60,285 nt of DNA. Origin: an uncultured candidatus Brocadiaceae bacterium. Its GTDB lineage: Bacteria > Planctomycetota > UBA11346. Below the pieces are notes generated by a model. That model made no database searches. It was not told the DNA's origin and was given only the letters and a program-made list of their open reading frames with translations. Made by a program: the position numbers and the translations under genes. The stretch lies in the NCBI GenBank assembly GCA_964612995.1, contig CAZTGE010000005.1:1-60285 (forward strand), given 5' to 3'. This document shows, piece after piece, positions 58,671 through 60,285 of this stretch. Position 1 is the first letter of the stretch. The number at the start of each line of letters is the position of its first letter.

Positions 58671-59699
58671 ATGGCCGAGCCTGGCGATCTGTTCATCGAT
58701 ATGGAGGAGCGCATCCGGCGTTACTGGCGACGCTGGGGCTTGCGCGGCCCGCTGGTGGTGCTGGCGGCCGTCGTCATCCTCGTCGCCCTGCTGACCTCCT
58801 TCTACACGGTCCAGCCCGAGGGCCGGGCGGTGGTCAAGCGCTTCGGCAAGGTGGTTGGCATCAATCCGCCGGGCTTGCATTTCAAGATGCCTTTCGGCAT
58901 CGATCGGGTCCACTTCGTGCCGACGGAGCGGCAGCTGACCGAGGAATTCGGTTTCCGCACGGTGAGCACCCAGGGCCGCACCCAGTACGAGAAGCGTCCG
59001 ACCCATCAGGCCGAATCGCTGATGCTCACCGGCGACCTGAAGGTCATCGACGTCGAATGGGTGGTGCAGTATCGCGTCGATGATCCGGACAAGTACCTGC
59101 ATCATGTCCGTGAGCCGACCAAGGCGATCCGGGACGTGTCCGAGGCCGTCATGCGCCGCATCGTCGGCAACAAGCTCGGTAGCGATGTGTTGACGGAAAA
59201 ACGCGTCGAGGTGGCGACCGCGGCCCGCGACGAAATTGCCGAGATCCTCGAGTCCTTCGATATGGGAGTGATCGTGCGGCGGATCGAGCTGCAGGACGTC
59301 ACGCCGCCGAAAACCGTCAAGCCGGCTTTCAACGAAGTCAATCAGGCGGAGCAGGAGCGCGAACGATTGATCAACGAGGCGGAGAAGCGCCGCAACCAGA
59401 CCATGCCGCGAGCGGAGGGTCAGGCTCTCCAGATAGTCGCCGAGGCCGAGGGCTATGCCACCGAGCGGAAGAATCGCGCCCGCGGTGAAGTCGTCCGCTT
59501 CACGGCGATACTGGACGAGTACGAGAAGTCGCCGGAGGTGACCCGTCGGCGTCTGTATCTCGAGATGATCGACGAGGTCCTGCCCCAGATCGGCCATATC
59601 TATGTGGTCGAGCCCGGCCAGTCCGCGCCCCTGCCGCTGCTCAACCTCGGTGGCCAGCAGCGGTCGCTGCCGCCAGCATCACAAGCGAGAGAACGATGA
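58671..59699 (+). CDS. hflK: FtsH protease modulator HflK
   Basis: VVKRFGK, PGLHFKMPFGID, MLTGD, AFNEVNQA, VTRRRLYLE. Confidence 0.95.
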   Translation: MAEPGDLFIDMEERIRRYWRRWGLRGPLVVLAAVVILVALLTSFYTVQPEGRAVVKRFGKVVGINPPGLHFKMPFGIDRVHFVPTERQLTEEFGFRTVSTQGRTQYEKRPTHQAESLMLTGDLKVIDVEWVVQYRVDDPDKYLHHVREPTKAIRDVSEAVMRRIVGNKLGSDVLTEKRVEVATAARDEIAEILESFDMGVIVRRIELQDVTPPKTVKPAFNEVNQAEQERERLINEAEKRRNQTMPRAEGQALQIVAEAEGYATERKNRARGEVVRFTAILDEYEKSPEVTRRRLYLEMIDEVLPQIGHIYVVEPGQSAPLPLLNLGGQQRSLPPASQARER

Positions 59700-60285
59700 C
59701 CTGGGAACCCCATATCGTCGAATCGGGAACGGCTCGCCGCCGCAATGCGGTCACCATCGGCATCCTGGTGCTCCTGGTGCTCGGGGCGATCACCCTGTAC
59801 AGTGCCACCTACAGCGTCGATGAAGCCGAGCAGGCGATCGTCCTGCAGTTCGGCGAGCCGCGCGGCGGCCCGATCACCGAGCCGGGCCTGCACTTCAAGA
59901 TGCCGTTCATCCAGAACGTGCGTCTGTTCGACAAACGGTTGCACTCCTGGGACGGCGACCCGAACCAGATCCCGACGCGCGGCGAACAGTTCGTCTCCGT
60001 CGATACCACGGCCCGCTGGCGTATCACCGACCCCCTGGTGTTCTACCAGCGCGTGCGCGACATCGATGGCGCGACCCGTCGGCTCAACGACATCCTCGAT
60101 TCGGTCGTGCGCGACCATATTTCGGCCACCGATCTGACCGAGATCGTCCGTTCGAGTGGATGGCAGGTGACCGAGGAGGACCTTGAGCGGGTGCCGGTGG
60201 CCGCCGAGGAAGAAGAAGAGCAGCTCATGCAGGAGGTGCAGATGGGGCGAGGCGAGCTGGTCCGGAGGATCCTGGCCAAGGCCCG
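59696..60285 (+). CDS. hflC: FtsH protease modulator HflC (3'-truncated by window edge)
   Basis: QAIVLQFGEP, PGLHFKMPFIQ, FDKR, ARWRITDP; ATGA overlap with hflK. Confidence 0.93.
   Translation, partial: MTWEPHIVESGTARRRNAVTIGILVLLVLGAITLYSATYSVDEAEQAIVLQFGEPRGGPITEPGLHFKMPFIQNVRLFDKRLHSWDGDPNQIPTRGEQFVSVDTTARWRITDPLVFYQRVRDIDGATRRLNDILDSVVRDHISATDLTEIVRSSGWQVTEEDLERVPVAAEEEEEQLMQEVQMGRGELVRRILAKA

Overview
High-GC bacterial chromosomal window. Gene content (ECF sigma/anti-sigma pairs, FHA/kinase fusion, PQQ-like propellers, TPR proteins, eukaryote-like PGK) suggests a Planctomycetota/PVC-type organism; this is inference. Housekeeping genes: pgk (partial), AmmeMemoRadiSam A/B, yjbQ, metG, GTP-dependent PEPCK, pqiABC-like and hflKC, plus dispersed flagellar genes flgM and flhB. 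Most notable accessory content: (i) a ~12 kb cluster joining a divergent ProA-like reductase and a glutamate-cysteine-ligase-like enzyme to two non-pyrrolysine MttB methyltransferases, a corrinoid protein, a pterin-binding methyltransferase, a stand-alone MetH activation domain, a SAM methyltransferase and a betaine-type ABC transporter whose binding protein is circularly permuted; (ii) an ECF sigma factor coupled to a giant anti-sigma/FHA-FHA/pseudokinase/TM/TPR protein; (iii) two unrelated secreted peptidases (C25, M14) sharing an unassigned C-terminal domain that may be a sorting signal; (iv) a family of modular hairpin-rich repeats with GTAACCACTCA/TGAGTGGTTAC ends; (v) a mosaic ~3 kb tandem duplication; (vi) an organoarsenical-type resistance cluster; (vii) several gene remnants (GxxExxY, sigma-54 activator, Fic, RAYT-like transposase with a tandem repeat array). 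No rRNA, tRNA or CRISPR array was recognised. All calls come from reading motifs by eye, not from database searches.
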